From Amphiscolops sp. MND2022 (lineage: Eukaryota): a stretch of 64,000 bases of DNA. The position numbers and the translations under genes were made by a program. The DNA lies in contig OZ076409.1 in the NCBI GenBank assembly GCA_964187785.1, positions 86,058,001-86,122,000 on the forward strand, given 5' to 3'. The notes under the pieces are model-generated. The model searched no databases. It worked only from the letters and a program-made list of their open reading frames with translations, and was not told the DNA's origin. How positions within the stretch are numbered: the first letter of the stretch is position 1; each line of letters starts with the position of its first letter. Below are positions 1 through 13,790 of this stretch, in pieces.

Positions 1-3000
1 CAAATCCATTTGAGTCCGTTCATCAAGTCGCTTGATTCAGCAGCTATTATAAAGAACGCGCACAGTTGATTACTACATGCGTCAATGTGTTGAAACAATT
101 CGGATTCACAGGAGATTTGTATTCCGAGTACGTCTTGTATTCGGCGTTGAGGAAGTTACCACCTGATTTGAAAACCAAGTGGTTTTTCTTTGCGAAGAGC
201 AAAGGCTACTACCATGCTGATCTTTGCTAATTTAGCGAATGGCTGAACGAAGTTGCATATGTCCACGATGAAATGACAGTGCAATTCAAGTCTCAACCAG
301 AGAAAAAAGGCTACAGCAATACGGAAAAAGTGAAAACCTCAACATTCGCTGCTAATGAGCAGAATAAATCAACATCTGAACCGACAAAGCAATGTCCATT
401 GAAGGATGGCGACCATATAATTTGGATGTGTACGAAGTTCAAACAACAAGGAGTTAATGAGAGATACGAAACACTGAAGTAATATAAACTTTGTTTTTGT
501 TGTTTAAACTCGCATTTGATGAAAAATTGCAAGTCGGACAGAGTGTGTGGAGTAAATGGATGCACCAAGAAACATAACAAGCTTTTACATTCGGATTTTC
601 TCAAAACTGAAAAGGACAAGAAATCGGAGGAGCCCTCGTCTCAAAACAGGGCCGGCGGTTCTTCAATGCTCTCAACTGGTAGCAGTGGCTTCTTACAGTT
701 GATACCAATTTCAATTGGAAATGAGAAACGAAGCGTTGAAACGATAGCTCTTTGTGATACTGGATCCACAGTATCTTTCTTGGACAAAACTTGGTCAACC
801 TTTTGAAGTTGAAAGGTAAAGAATCTGTGATGTCGGTAGCTGGAATTCGTGGGCTATCTGAAATGAAGATTGAAATTGATACCGCCAGAATTGGTCCAAG
901 TGAATCAGACACTGCAGGGGAGAAATTTACCTTCTGCAGTCATCCAAACTTGAATGTCGGTGACAAAATCTATGACTTTACGAAGATGAAAGCAAACTAT
1001 GCTTATTTGAACCATTTGCCGGATATAAAGGTCTCAATGGCTGATGTCAAGGTCGTTCTCGGTCAAGATGCGTACCACCTGATCAGACCTCTTGAATACA
1101 AGTCAGGTGGTAGGGACGAGCCTTGGGCAGTTAAAACTTCCTTGGGATGGACCGTCAGTGGGGGATTATCCAAAAAAGAAACAAAGTATATGGTAGCTTC
1201 GTGTACCTTTTCCGTATCTTCGGATCTTTTAGCGGATCAAATGAAAAATTGGTGGGACATGGAGACATACGCGTCCGTGTGTGATGTCTCAGGACGTTCC
1301 AAGGAGGAAAAGAGAGTCCAAGCAATCTCGGAAAAAACTACCAAGCATAACGGCGAACGTTATGAAGTAGGACCTTTGTGTGCTGATGACAACCCTAATC
1401 TGCCGAACAACTATTATTCTGCGTACCAACAGTTTCTGTCAATGGAGAGAAGATTAAGCAAGGATCAATAGTTGAAAGCAGCTTACAAAGCTACCATTGA
1501 GAAGGACTTGGCAAATCATTTTGTACGAAAACTGGAACAAGAAGTTGTGAGTACAGAGAATGACATGCAATGGTATTTACTTCATCATCCTGTCAAGCAT
1601 CCACACAAGCCAGGCAAGGTTCGAAGAGTTTGTAATGCAGCTTCGATGTTTAAAGGCGTTTCGCTGAATGACAATCTTCTCAGCGGACCTGATTTATTGC
1701 GCAACTTAGTGGGAATTGTTTTCAGGTTCAGAGAACATCTGATAGCAATCACTGCCGATATAGCGTCAAAGTTTTTACAAGTCGCAGTTCCGAAAGAAAA
1801 ATGTAGAGTTTTACGTTTTCTCTGGCGAGATAAACCAAATGATCATTGGAATTTTCGAATATTACAGGCATGTGTTTGGAGCAAGGAGTTCTCCAACATG
1901 TGCCAATTATGGTTTCCAGCAGTGCGGTAGAGAAAACAAAAGCGAATTTCCTGTAGCAGCCGCTACAGTAGACAGAAACTTCTATATGGACGACCTTTTT
2001 GAAAGTGTTGATACAACACAAGAGGACATCGAATGTTATCAGCAGTTGATGGAAACACTGAAGCGCAGTGGCTTCACATCGAAGAAATGGGCCAGCAACT
2101 GTTCAGAAGTTTTACAAAGAATCCCAGTAGAAGATCGTTTAGAAGCAAACGAATTTACATTGAACGCAGAGTCATCTCCTATTCTAGGTCTGGAGTGGAT
2201 GATCGATAAAGATTGTTTACAAGTATGTCGAGGACCTAGCAAAGAAAGTCCGCAAGAAATCACTCAACGAGTAGTGCTATCTTTTGTTTCCTCAGTTTTT
2301 GACCCCATGGGAATTTTTGCATCTTTTACTATGCGGATGAGAATACTATTGGAACGTATTTGGATTCGCTTTAGCCAATCATGGGATGAGAAAACTGCAG
2401 ATGATGATAAACAGGTATTCCTGGAATGGGTGACAGAAATGCAAACATTTAGAAACACCTCACTTCCTCGGAATTATTTCCTCGATAGTCCTAAAAACAT
2501 TCAACTGCACATCTTCAGTGATGCATATCTAGAAGCTATGTGCATCGTCGCTTACTTTCGAGGGGAAGTCAACGATGGAGTTGAAGTCTCTTTTGTTTTG
2601 GACAAAAGTAGAATCGCTCCCATAAAACAATTGTCTATACCTCGTTCAGAGTTTCAAGCAGCTGTGTATTCAGTAAGATTGAGAACCTTGATTGCTCAAG
2701 AACATGACTTACAGATTGACAGTGTTACTCATTGGACTCATTCAGTCACTGTGCTTCAATGGTTACATTCAGCTGACAAAAGACAAAATGTTTTTGTAGC
2801 TAACAGAGCAGCTGAGATCTTGGAAAATTCCACAATTGACGAATGGAAGCACGTTAAAGGTGAATTTAATCCATCAGATATTGGAACACGTGGAATTACT
2901 GTACAGAAATTGACCGAAAGCGATTGGTTATCTGGACCAATTGGACTCAAAGACCACCCTGACGATTGGCCTTTGTCTCTGCAACCAATTAACTTGGTAC

Positions 3001-4545
3001 CTGATGAACATGCTGCAGTTGCAGTATTTGCGAACACAAGCATGACTCAGGAGCCAATAGTTGATTGGAGCAGATTTAGTAGCTTTTCCAAATGTGTGCG
3101 TGTTATAGCATTTTGTCTACGTGTGAAGTTTAGAAGTCAATCCAAAGTTTTACTTCCCGGTGAATTGAAATGGGCGGAAGAAATAGTTTTTAGGCTAATT
3201 CAACGAGAAACGTTTCCAGAAGTTCATGAAGAAAAGCAAACGTTCGGTAAGACAAACAAAGTTGGTGATTTGGCAAATTTTTCTCCATTTTTTGACGATA
3301 CTGGCATAATAAGACTAGGAAGACGTATTAAACATGCAAGATCGAGCTTTGAACAACGCCATTCAATTCTATTGTCCACGAAACACGATTTTGTTAAAAT
3401 TTTGTTACGTGATTTACCTCTCGAACACAACCATGAAGGAGTAGAGTACGTTAGAAGCGTAATCCAACAGAAGTTTTGGATTTTGGGATTACGAAAGGCT
3501 TTGAGGAGCATCAAAAGCAGTTGTCTATTCTGTCGCAATTTACGTGCGCAGATAAACCTTCCTCTCATGCCCGATTTACCTGCAGAGAGACTCGATTATC
3601 AGTCATACCCTTCTACTCATGTTGGTATAGAATATTTTGGACCGTTCGAAGTTAAATTGTTACGAAGATCTCTGAAACGTTGGTGTTGTTTATTTACATG
3701 TGTAACTACCAGAGCAGTACACATCGAGGTAGTCCTAAGCCTCGATACAGACTCCTGCTTGGTAGCTATAACGAGGTTTATTGCTAGACGTGGCAAGCCA
3801 ACAACCATTATAAGTGATAATGGTACTAACTTCGTTGGATCTGCAAGAGAGTTGTAAGAGTACATCAACTCATGGAATCAAGATCAAATAACAACAGATT
3901 TAGCTCAAAAGCATATTGTGTGGAAATTCAACCCTCCCGGAGCACCTCGTTTTGGGGGAGTTTCAGAACGATTGGTCAGAAGTTGCAAGGAAGCAATGAT
4001 GGCAATTTTAGGAAATCGTTCAATGACAGATGAGTCTTTATCTACAACTATGTGCTTGGTTGAGCAAACATTGAATGCGCGTCCGATTACCCCAGCAAGC
4101 GATGATCCTTTAGATTTAGAGGCACTTACGCCTAATCTTTTTATATTGGGACGAGCGAATGTTTGTATACCCTTTTATTCCCAATGCCGAAATTTAATCC
4201 AATCATCGGAAAATGTTCCGATCGTGCCAGGTCTATGCTGATATGATTTGGAAATGATGGGTTAGTGAATATCTTCCACAAAACAATGTCAGAACCGAGT
4301 GGAACAAATCAGAGGCCAATGTTCAAGTTGGAGACTTGGTGTGGTTGGTTGATAACAATGTGAAAAGATCTCATTACAAGATGGCACGAATCAAAGAAAT
4401 ATACCCAGCAAAAGATGGCGTAGTGCTCATCAAAACTCATGATGGTACCTTCAAACGACCTGTAGTACGCTTGGCGCCAATTTTCAATACGGGGCCGGCA
4501 TTGTTGGCGCCTCAAACGAGATTCAAAAATCTTAGCGAAAAATAA
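1..4545 (+). pseudogene. Decayed BEL/Pao LTR retrotransposon gag-pol (5' end outside window)
   Basis: Order PR-RT-RH-IN: Cys/His knuckles, protease ALCDTGS (~748-768), RT (VCNAAS, GPDLL, ADIASKFLQ, YMDD 1983-1994), Pao RNase H (HIFSDAY, SRIAP, NPSDIGTRG), integrase (H-x-H...CLFC, SDNGTNF, WKFNPPGAP), DUF5641-like tail. Several stops and frameshifts. Confidence 0.95.
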
Positions 4546-6396
4546 GGTCGATATAGCCTAACAAAAAGTGCTGTAAAATTGTGTATAAGCGTATTTGAGC
4601 GCTAGTTTCCACCCAATCCCAAATATTTGATCCCTAGAAGCTCTCCAGGCCAAAAACGTGAAAATCGAAGAGAAAAATTTTCCTTTTCGTGTTCTAGGCC
4701 CCATTTTTGATCTTTTTCCAAAATTACTGTAAATTTGGACTTTATTCTTTGCTTAATGTAATTAACTTGTTATGAACTCCTTGTTTGGGCTACATGGGTG
4801 TCCGTAGGACCCATGAGGACTGTTTGTGAACTTCGCTGATTATTTAACAGCAAATACCACGTGTAGATCTATGCCTTATTCTTGCTTAAATGTATTCTTT
4901 TTATATATACTTTTACAAGTTTTGGTGTATACCTCCAACCCAGTTAAAAGTTTGTTTCTGCTTATTCTATATATCAAGGCTCTTGTATGGTGGTGGTAAA
5001 TTTGACTACAAACATCCGCCATTAGGTATTTCCTGTATGCTAAAGTAACCAGAGTTAACTCCTACTAAGACACAACAGGAACGAAGTAGAGATCCAAATC
5101 AGTCGACTTTGCTTCTCAGGTATTGAAGAAAGTGAAAGCTTGGAAGTTTCTCGTACAATTAATTCAGTTAACTCTGGCTTTTGAAGAGCTTTTTGGAGTT
5201 GAACAAGTGATATTATATTGTTTCGAAATTCCAACGTCAATTTATTACATTGCATATGGTTGCGATATTTTTGCTTGAGAAAGTTATTGTGGACGCAAGG
5301 ACTTGGACTTATTGTTTGGTTTAGCAGATCAACGACGCTACAATTCATCCAGACAGCTAAGTTGGTTCATATAGTCACGCTTCAGATCTGCAAAGTTACT
5401 TTATGTTTGTGAAACAGAATAAGTGCAAGGTCAAACATGCAGGAATTGCTTCACCGACTTCCGAAACTTTTTCGAAGTACTTTTGGCTAATTTTTCAATT
5501 GGAGATAGATGCGATATCATCCATTCAAAGTTTCAAAAACCAGAAATCAGTTAATTTTTGAGAGCCAACGAAAAGGGCTTGATATTGCTAACTTTAACGT
5601 TTTATCACTGCCCGGAGCAAAAAGAGAGCACGTTTACATTTTTATAGCCAAAAAGAATCTTTATGATATCATCCTCCTATTTATAGGCGGTAACAACCCT
5701 TTTGCCACTACGTCAAAAAACTTGGTTCGACAGATATCTGATCTTGCAAAGCTTTTATTAACCAAAGCCAAAAAGGTTTTCGTACTTGGTATACCTTTAC
5801 GCAACTCTCAACCTCTCCAAGCAAAATAAGTTAATTCTTTACTTGCTTCTTGTCAAGAAGGCTGGAAATTCAGAGGAGTTTCCAGCAAGTGTTTGGCAAG
5901 AAACACCTAAAAAGGACAACGTTCATTTGAACTCCGACGGATTGAGTGGACTCACCTATATCCTAAAAGGCAAGATACTTTACAATAAATATTGTCCGGA
6001 GATTGAAGAGGAAGGACATCTCGAAATTATTGTGTGTAGTGGATTTTGCAAGGGCCTTTCCTGGACAAATTAGTATTAGAATTGTCCGCCAGTTGACAAC
6101 CAGGCCGTCGTAAAGCTTGGTAAGTAATTTGCTAGTTTACCTTGCAGACGTAAAAGTATAGGCTGCCTGAGATGTCGCCCCAGGCGAGTTACCCAAGATG
6201 TGATGTTGAGTTGAAATGCAAGATATTGTTCAAAATGTGGTCGGAAACGGCCTGGCTCTTTGTAGTAGTGAATTTGATGTTTCGTGTTTTTTCATACTTG
6301 GGCCCCATTCCAGGCCCACTATGATTGAATTTCATTCCATGGTGGCCAGTTAAATCATCTCTTGATATTCTCATGAGAATCATTAGGACTCCAACA
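4502..6396 (+). mobile_element. Putative ~1.9-kb 3' LTR of the BEL/Pao element
   Basis: PPT-like ACGGGGCCGGCA (4489-4500) directly precedes TGTTGGCGCC at 4502; candidate end GACTCCAACA at 6396 gives TGTTGG/CCAACA inverted termini. The 5' LTR is not in the window, so the right boundary is inferred. Confidence 0.6.
5509..6073 (+). pseudogene. SGNH/GDSL hydrolase-like ORF (one stop, one frameshift) inside the putative LTR
   Basis: Block I-like IFESQ, block II SLPGA, block III LFIGGNN, VFVLGIP; after the TAA at 5827 reads VNSLLASCQEGWKFRG, then shifts frame to block V DNVHLN (DxxH). Confidence 0.7.
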
Positions 6397-6902
6397 TTCT
6401 TCCTCTGAACTACTGAAAAGCTTTTAAAAAATTTAGAAGTGCATTTTTGATGTAATTACCTTGCTTTTTAAACAACTTTTGGTTGTGTGTTTCTGGGTTT
6501 AAACTACTGCGTCATTTAGCTTGAATCATGTAAAACAGTGCCAGGTTCAATTCGGCGTCTTGATTTGGCGGGAATTGAAGAGGAATTGACACTGAACCGG
6601 AATTCAGGCAGCATATCGACTCCCACTTTTCTTTGCAGTGTGATGAAACCGAAAGCCTAATTTTTGAAGAAGCTCTCCGGACTTGAATTTCATACTTTGA
6701 AGAGACATCGAGCTGAACAAATTGTGAAGTAGACGTACAATGGAAGACCTTTTGCGTGCCTAGTGGTATGTGTTCCACCTGACGCAGCGAAAGGATTGAA
6801 AAAATTCACCACTTGCTCAAACTTGACACTTTTATTTTCGTCACTTTACTTTTATTAATTGCTTCGTTCAATTGTGCATTCAAGTTGGTTTAAAGTCCAA
6901 TT

Positions 6903-7118
6903 AAAACAAGCTGTGAACGGCCCAATTCGGCGCCATATCTAGGGCTCACAAATAGCAAAAGGGTTTCAAAATGTCCAAGTATTGGTGAATTGGGGACCCT
7001 TTTATGAAAAAAAGTGTTACGGGGAAAAAAGAAAAGATCCCTGGGTCAACAGGTGCAATTTAAAATGTTGTAGAACTATTGATAGAACTATTTTGGTCAC
7101 TTCAGGTGTATCGAAAAA
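6903..7118 (-). mobile_element. Helentron/DINE-like interspersed element, internally deleted copy
   Basis: AAACAAGCTGTGAACGGCCCAATTCGGCGCCATATC is the reverse complement of the 3' end of the 29393-30110 element; shared GGGGACCCTTT and TTTTGGTCAC motifs. Confidence 0.6.
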
Positions 7119-9002
7119 TTGGAATTCCCATCCCATTCCAATTTCTTGTTCTCAGAATTATTTAGCATGCATGCTTCCCTCCCCTGCAAAACCAGGCTGA
7201 TCTCACTCTACCATAACATTTACAGTGCGGATATAGGGTAATCATAGTATGGTTATGCAATGTTTGGTGGCAGGTTGACCACCACAGATTGATCATATGT
7301 GGTCAAACCTATGGTTTGCATGGTTCCATGAAAAGCATATTATAATAAACTTGACGAGTATTTGATGATTTTATTGTGTACTTTTCCATAAACCAATTTA
7401 CAAAAAAAAAACAATTTCGACAACAAACTGAAAACAATATCACAATTGCCATGATCTCTGAATGAACCATGCATAATTCGCTCTAAAAAAGGGAACTGTT
7501 ATCATGCGAAACATGCTGGAAAGCTGGCGTTTTTTTACAGGAAAAGTTTTTCATAAACGTTTATGATTCCATTTTGATCATAATAAGATTATGTAAACGA
7601 ATTTGTAAGTTTTTATGATAACATAACCAGTGTGTGATGAGCCTGGTTGGGAAAGTCACTTGCTTTTTTTAACGACCTTGATGATTGTTTCTTGCAAAAC
7701 TCGATAAAAATTCCTCATGTTAACTGGGCTATACAACATTTAATGCCGAATAACAATGAAGAGTTCACGGTCAGAAACCCCCAATTCCTTCATCAGAATG
7801 AAGGTTCCAGTGAAACTAAACGGAAAAATATTTCCGCTGTACAATCCAAAGAAGGGATTCATGTAAAAATGCAAAAACAGACCCTCTGTTCAATGAAAAG
7901 TTTAAATGTTGCCCAGCTTGGGAGTCCATTAAAGCATTCCTATATCTGAACATTTCGAGAACTACAATTGCACAGAAAGAGGTCTCTTCTCGTCACATGT
8001 ACAATTCACTTGGGCTTATAAATTCAAATCGAAGTCAACTTTTTTCGAACTCACTTGATAGAATGCGATTGCAGCACGTTTGCAACCTTTTTTGGTTCAT
8101 GTAGCTGCGAATCAAGTATTTTTACTTTGATTGGTGCACTGGAATTAAAACATCCGCTTTGAACGAAATCAGATTATCCTTTGTATATCACGTTACTAAC
8201 ACAAAAATGATTTTTATGAAATTGTTGGGTTTTTGAAGTTCCATGATCCGTGGATAACACGAAACCCAATTTTTTTCTGCAAGAAATGGTAACCTACTTT
8301 GAAATGCTAACTAATTTTTGGTACGCGATAATGAAATAATCTATAATTTTTTCAGTGAGTTTTTACAGTAAGTTTTAATAATTTAATTAGTAGAAACATT
8401 ATTTTATGTTTATCTTGCTTCATTTTTTCCTCAGAAAATTAATCATTTCAAGGATTGCAAGTTTTTGCAAAAAAAGGCCAACTATTCGAGTGGGTAAAAA
8501 TTACTATCAACCGAGCAAAAAAGTATTATGAAAACTTTGAACGTTATAACATGAACTTTATAAAATAAACGTTATAACTTTTAAAATGGTTCTCCCACAA
8601 GTGGCTGCAAAAATGTATTTTACTTTACTTATACATTAGTGTAAGAAATGAACTGAACCTTTATTTGTAGAAGAAGAATTGGACCAAAACAAAACTACCT
8701 CTGATTTCTGCTATCATCCAAGTTATTTGAAAGTTAAACAGATAAACACTCTGAAGTTTTCTCGGACACTGGAAATGTAGGCTTGGAAATAATGAAGAAA
8801 CTTCCTATTTTCATTTTTCATTGATTGGATTCACGACTGAATTGGCATATGGGACATCATTTTAGACAATTTTGTAAAATTTGGCACCTAATTTATAACT
8901 TTTGTTTATTTGGCAGGTACTTCTTCAGTTCCTGAAGACATTCAACTGTTTTACATCAAGATAATTGGTATTATATAGTTTTTGATAAGAGTTTTCTACT
9001 AT

Positions 9003-11575
9003 TGTAACGTCCAGCAAACGTCCAGCTGGGACGCCTCGAAGGCGAGTTTGACCACTTTTTGTGAATTCCACGACATAGTAAATTTTTCAGTGAACATTGT
9101 TAAGTGGCCGTGACACCCACAGGGTCAATTTTGACACAATCGGAGGTTCATTCCCCACGATTCAACCAGTGTATTAGACGGTGTGAAATTTTCAGGTCGC
9201 TAGCAGCGCTACAAGTGATTTTCACCTTCCCCGGAGGTGCATGTTGACGAGAAAATTGTTGATTTTTGGGCATTTTTGCAAAAAATCACATAGTTTTTCT
9301 CAGTGTACATGCCAGTGAGGGCCAAGACGACCCAATTAGCATACCGAGCGCCCTCAGGACGTCTTCTTGAATCACTTTGAATAGTGCTAAGCTGACCCTA
9401 AGATCTCGGGTCTCTGAGAAAACCGATCTATGAGACATGGAGGTGAAAAACCGAAAATGGAAATTCGCCTCCCGGCTGCTATCAAAGTCACTTGAGTGCA
9501 ATCTGTTCATTGAGATTACGCATACTCAGTGCCCCATGGGCCCTACGGGTGCTGGAGCGCGTTTATAGGCACTTTTAGAAGTTTAGACTTTGTACGCAGT
9601 GCGTCTCAAAACAGAACAACAAGTACACTGATGACTGCCATAGTGGAAAAAGAACGCTTTTTCTAATCGTACTACGATCGTAAGGCAAAAAACCACTTCA
9701 AACTCAGTGTCTCTCCTCCTACTCACCCCCAAGGTCTACCCGTAGTCCCTAATTACATTTTTGTTATCACTTATGCTCTCCAGAAACATGGCAACATGAG
9801 TGACAAGCGGACATTTCAGACAATCTAACATCTGTAGCCAAGCAGACTTCTCAAATAATCAGTGTTCGTTGCTCGATTCATGCCTATGGCGTACTTTGGT
9901 GCTCGGTACCACAGTTGCGTGAACCATGTCGATGTGAAAACACCGGACCAGAGATTGGCCCGGGGAGTACCCGTACTCACCCGAGAGGAGTCAACACCAA
10001 GCATGATGAAACACCTAGAGCTTCGAAGCTCTGAGAACTGCTTGGCCAGCGGCCGTGCTTTTAGAACCCGAATGATTGTTCTGGAACTTGTTTTTAATGC
10101 CGAAGACTGTTTTCATGATCTATCATGCCTGATTTTTGACTTTTATTGGTTCTCTATCATCGTTAGTGACATTGTCCCCTCTTGAGAAGTAGTTTGTTTC
10201 CATCTCTTGCATATATACTGGTGCTTGTACTACCTAGACAATAACTTTAACTGGGCGTACACTGCTGACACAATAGATTGAATAGTTCCTCACTTTTGGT
10301 GATATTTTTGAATTTTTGAGGCCTGTTTCACCATTGGTGCTAGTTATTGTGCAGTTTCTGTTGGCCATGAACTTTGCAAGACCACAGCTGTTACTTTTAT
10401 TTTTCGCTTTTCAAGTGCTATCGTGCATTTTATAAAACCTAACCTATCAGGCGGACCCCAGGTCAGTGCCAAACCTATTGTGATGGGTGCTTTTTAGACA
10501 GATGCAATAAGGTGCTAGAAATTTTGAAATCTTGGTGCGAAATTAAAAGTTTGAAAATGTTTTGAATATAAGGCTAAGTGTCTAAAGTTGCTAATATTTT
10601 TCCAATGCAAGAACCCGTTGTTGGTGTTGAATCCAAGGAAGCCTGCTAAGCTGGCAAAAACTCATGTTTTTGGGCAATAACGTGTTTTTGGGCAACGACT
10701 TCCAATTTAGATTCCTGAAGTACCATGTTGCAACAGTATCACTGGATCATTGGATGGTGGCAACCAAGATGTGAACGTCCTCTCTCGTTTGTCGAGGACG
10801 ACAAACTACGGCCCGGGGAGGATGTAACGTCCGGCAGTCGGCGTTGCAGAAGTTTTTGAAAATTTCGATCAAAAATTCGAAATGTGCGACATCAAACAAG
10901 CACATTCAAGATGGCCGACCCGGCAGGTACAAAAACCGTAGAGGAAGCAAAAAAAGGGCAAAACACTCCCAGAAAGACCCAACCCACCACCCAGGAACGA
11001 GAATGTCCGAGATGTCATCACCCAGAAAGCGTGAGAATCAGGAATTCGGCCATCTGACAGCAAAAAGACAGGGTTTTGGCAGAAAAGTGCCAAATGAGAC
11101 CATTGTGCCCCGAAGATGAGGAATGATGCCAGAGGCAGGAAGCCGATGATCGCCACCGAACTGTAACTGTATACTTTATGGGGGCCTACCCCCACCTACT
11201 TTGACTGTTTATAGCGTATTTGGATAATGTTTGACCTACTAGGGCCTCATTTTAGTCCTTATTCACCAATATAATGTATTTCAGCTAGACACCTTTTTGG
11301 ACCTCGGAAGTATGTAGGAGATAGCAGGAACGCGCTAAAAACCTTAGGATTTGTTTTTACAGGCTTGTGGGGCGTGTCCGGACTTTGAGAGTGCCGGCAC
11401 GTCGCCTCGGAGCTCTAACTAGAGGAGCCTCCTTAGACGTTAGAAAAGTCCCCCATGGAGACCATTTTGGGATCAAAAACTAGTGTTTAGGAGTGTAGTA
11501 AGACAACGGTCTCCTGTTTAAGCACCCTAGGCATTGTCCCTCTTCCTAGATGTGCGCCGCTAGCCGGACGTTACA
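9003..11575 (+). mobile_element. LTR-derived insertion bounded by TGTAACGTCC...GGACGTTACA, with an internal PPT and a 753-bp core LTR (10823-11575)
   Basis: TGTAACGTCCAGC at 9003; PPT CGGGGAGGA immediately before TGTAACGTCCGGC at 10823; end GCCGGACGTTACA at 11575 is a perfect 13-bp inverted repeat of the 10823 start. GC-richer than flanks. Only TAT is shared by the two flanks. Confidence 0.7.
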
Positions 11576-13089
11576 TATGTCATTTCATTCACTATCTTAA
11601 TATGTGAGACACAGCTATTCTTTGCAAAGATTGGGGATTATATTTTCGGTTTGGGATGTTTTACCAATAAACGTACGCTCAAAATTGATTTTGGAAACGT
11701 ACGCTCAAAATGTAACTCAACAACAAATCAAAATGGGTTGAATAAATAATCAGTTTTAAGTCAATTGATTTTCTCAAGGACAATCTCTACTTTCGCAAGG
11801 GAAAGTCAAAAAAGGAAAATTCATTTGTTGCTGTTTTTGTTCATATTAATGATTTTTCGATTAGGAAACTAATTATTGCTGTAATGAAAAGGCTCCTAAT
11901 TTAACAAAAAGATTTGTTTTTGATTTATGTATATTTCCATATTCATTAAAACATTCGAAATGTATACAGAAGTTTCTTAGAACAGTAGATGTTTGAAAAA
12001 TTTCAGTTTTTGGGTTACATTATTGCATTCAGACATCATCGATTTCCTTTTTGAAAAAAAAACTTGTTTGATACTTTGTGTTAACTTGGATTACTCTACC
12101 TTTGAAAACGTTCAAAAACAGCAAAAATGCAAAAAATGGTCGAATAATCGGAATGTTTGTCTTTTTTATTGTCATTTCACGTCGTTTTTAACCCCTTAAC
12201 TCCAATTTGGTTGTTGTTAACGCTAGCAATATGACTCTTTGCTTCGTTTTGAAGTCTCTGGGTGTTGGATACACTCGAAACGTTGAAACAAATTACAGAA
12301 AACGTCCAGAGGGATCAAAACATCAGATTGTTTTCGTAAATGCGTCAGCGGGAACTATCTGGTTCTTTGTTGGCCTCTCTGGATGTTTTAATCTTTCAAA
12401 AAGTTCGAAAATGTTTCAAACACTGCGTCAATTGTTTCAAAAAGTATAATTTTCTGATAGTTTTTATGTACTTCGGGTTCATTTGCAGACACTTTTTCAA
12501 ACAAAGTTTTCAGATTCGTCTTCAAACAAGAATCCGGAATAGCAGGTGCCTTTGAATACAATTTGCTGGATAGTCTAACCCACAACCCACTAATATATTT
12601 GGAAACTGTAGAACATTTGCAGAAAAAAATGGAAAGTTCCCAACATTTTTGATTGTTTGTGATCCCATTGTGGTCAGCCACAAAAGCCAAAAAAATACAT
12701 CGCACAAACCTGAAATGAAGTCAACTGGATTCTTCGGGTGAACTCATTCAATTTGTGTACGACATTGAAATATTGCTTATTTTGGAAAAACGCGGCGGAC
12801 TCGGTAATATTCTTGTCCTATTTGGAACTTTGGGCAGAAAATAATATCAAATATTGTCTGATATTTTACCAAAACTAATGAAAACAAGTCGGAGGCAGTC
12901 AAAAAGGCGGTCACCCGCTTCAGACTAAAATAGTAACGTTTTTTGAAACTGCAAACGGTCAACGATTGTGAAAATACTTATCAATCTCACAATGGCACCC
13001 ATTTGACTTTACTGATAAAGCCTCTTTCAATGAAGGATTCGTCTAAATCTTTATTAGAGGCCGTTTATGTTGGCAGTGAACACACACAC

Positions 13090-13790
13090 ACATTCCGTGA
13101 TCACATTGAAGATTTTACGAAAAAGTTGTATAGGTTCAGCGGTATGATATATAAAGTCAGATATATGTATCCCGGAAAATGCCTTCTCAACTTTTACAAC
13201 TCGTTCACTAAACCAGTCATCACATATCATTTGCTTTTCTATGGCAGTGTCGCGCAGAGGAAGAAAAAAAATGAAAATGCACAGAGATGGATCGTATACT
13301 CACGGAGTTTGAGCTTTACGTTATGAATTTTTTAGAGAAATATTCAAGCAGTTGAAATCATAATCACATGATGGATTCGGTCGTTGCTAATATAATACAA
13401 GAAAAGAAAACGTTTACCACCTTTGACTTATTGCCGACAGTTACCCGAGCCAAATCAGTGGACAACAGATTGAGAAGAACCTATAATTTGTTGAAAGACA
13501 ATTTAGTACCGGCTGACTTAACCAGATTGAGATCCATTCAAAAACAATCACATTTGAAGAAAATATCTGATCTATACGTAAGAGGATGTCGCCTATATGA
13601 AACTCCTTGTGAATATTACAACCCTCGTTTTTCGATCCGAAAGATGAACCCTGAAGAATAATAGAAATTCGACACATCAATTGTTTTGCAACATTTCTCT
13701 ATTTATTATTTATATTAAGGGAAGTCTAGAAAAGCTGCTTGAGCTCGTCCTTTTTCCAAGTTGGATGAAAATTCAATTTGTTCCATCAAA
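13090..13790 (+). mobile_element. 5'-truncated, decayed non-LTR retrotransposon (CR1/L2-like) 3' fragment
   Basis: TFRDHIEDFTKKLYRFSGMIYKVRYMYPGKCLLNFYNSFTKPVITYHLLFYGS...ENAQR resembles the post-RT region of CR1/L2-group ORF2; boundaries approximate. Confidence 0.7.

Noticed and set aside
9003..9756. 5' LTR partner of 10823-11575 (similar length, ends TTACA)
   Set aside because: No visible homology beyond the first ~13 nt and no PBS follows.
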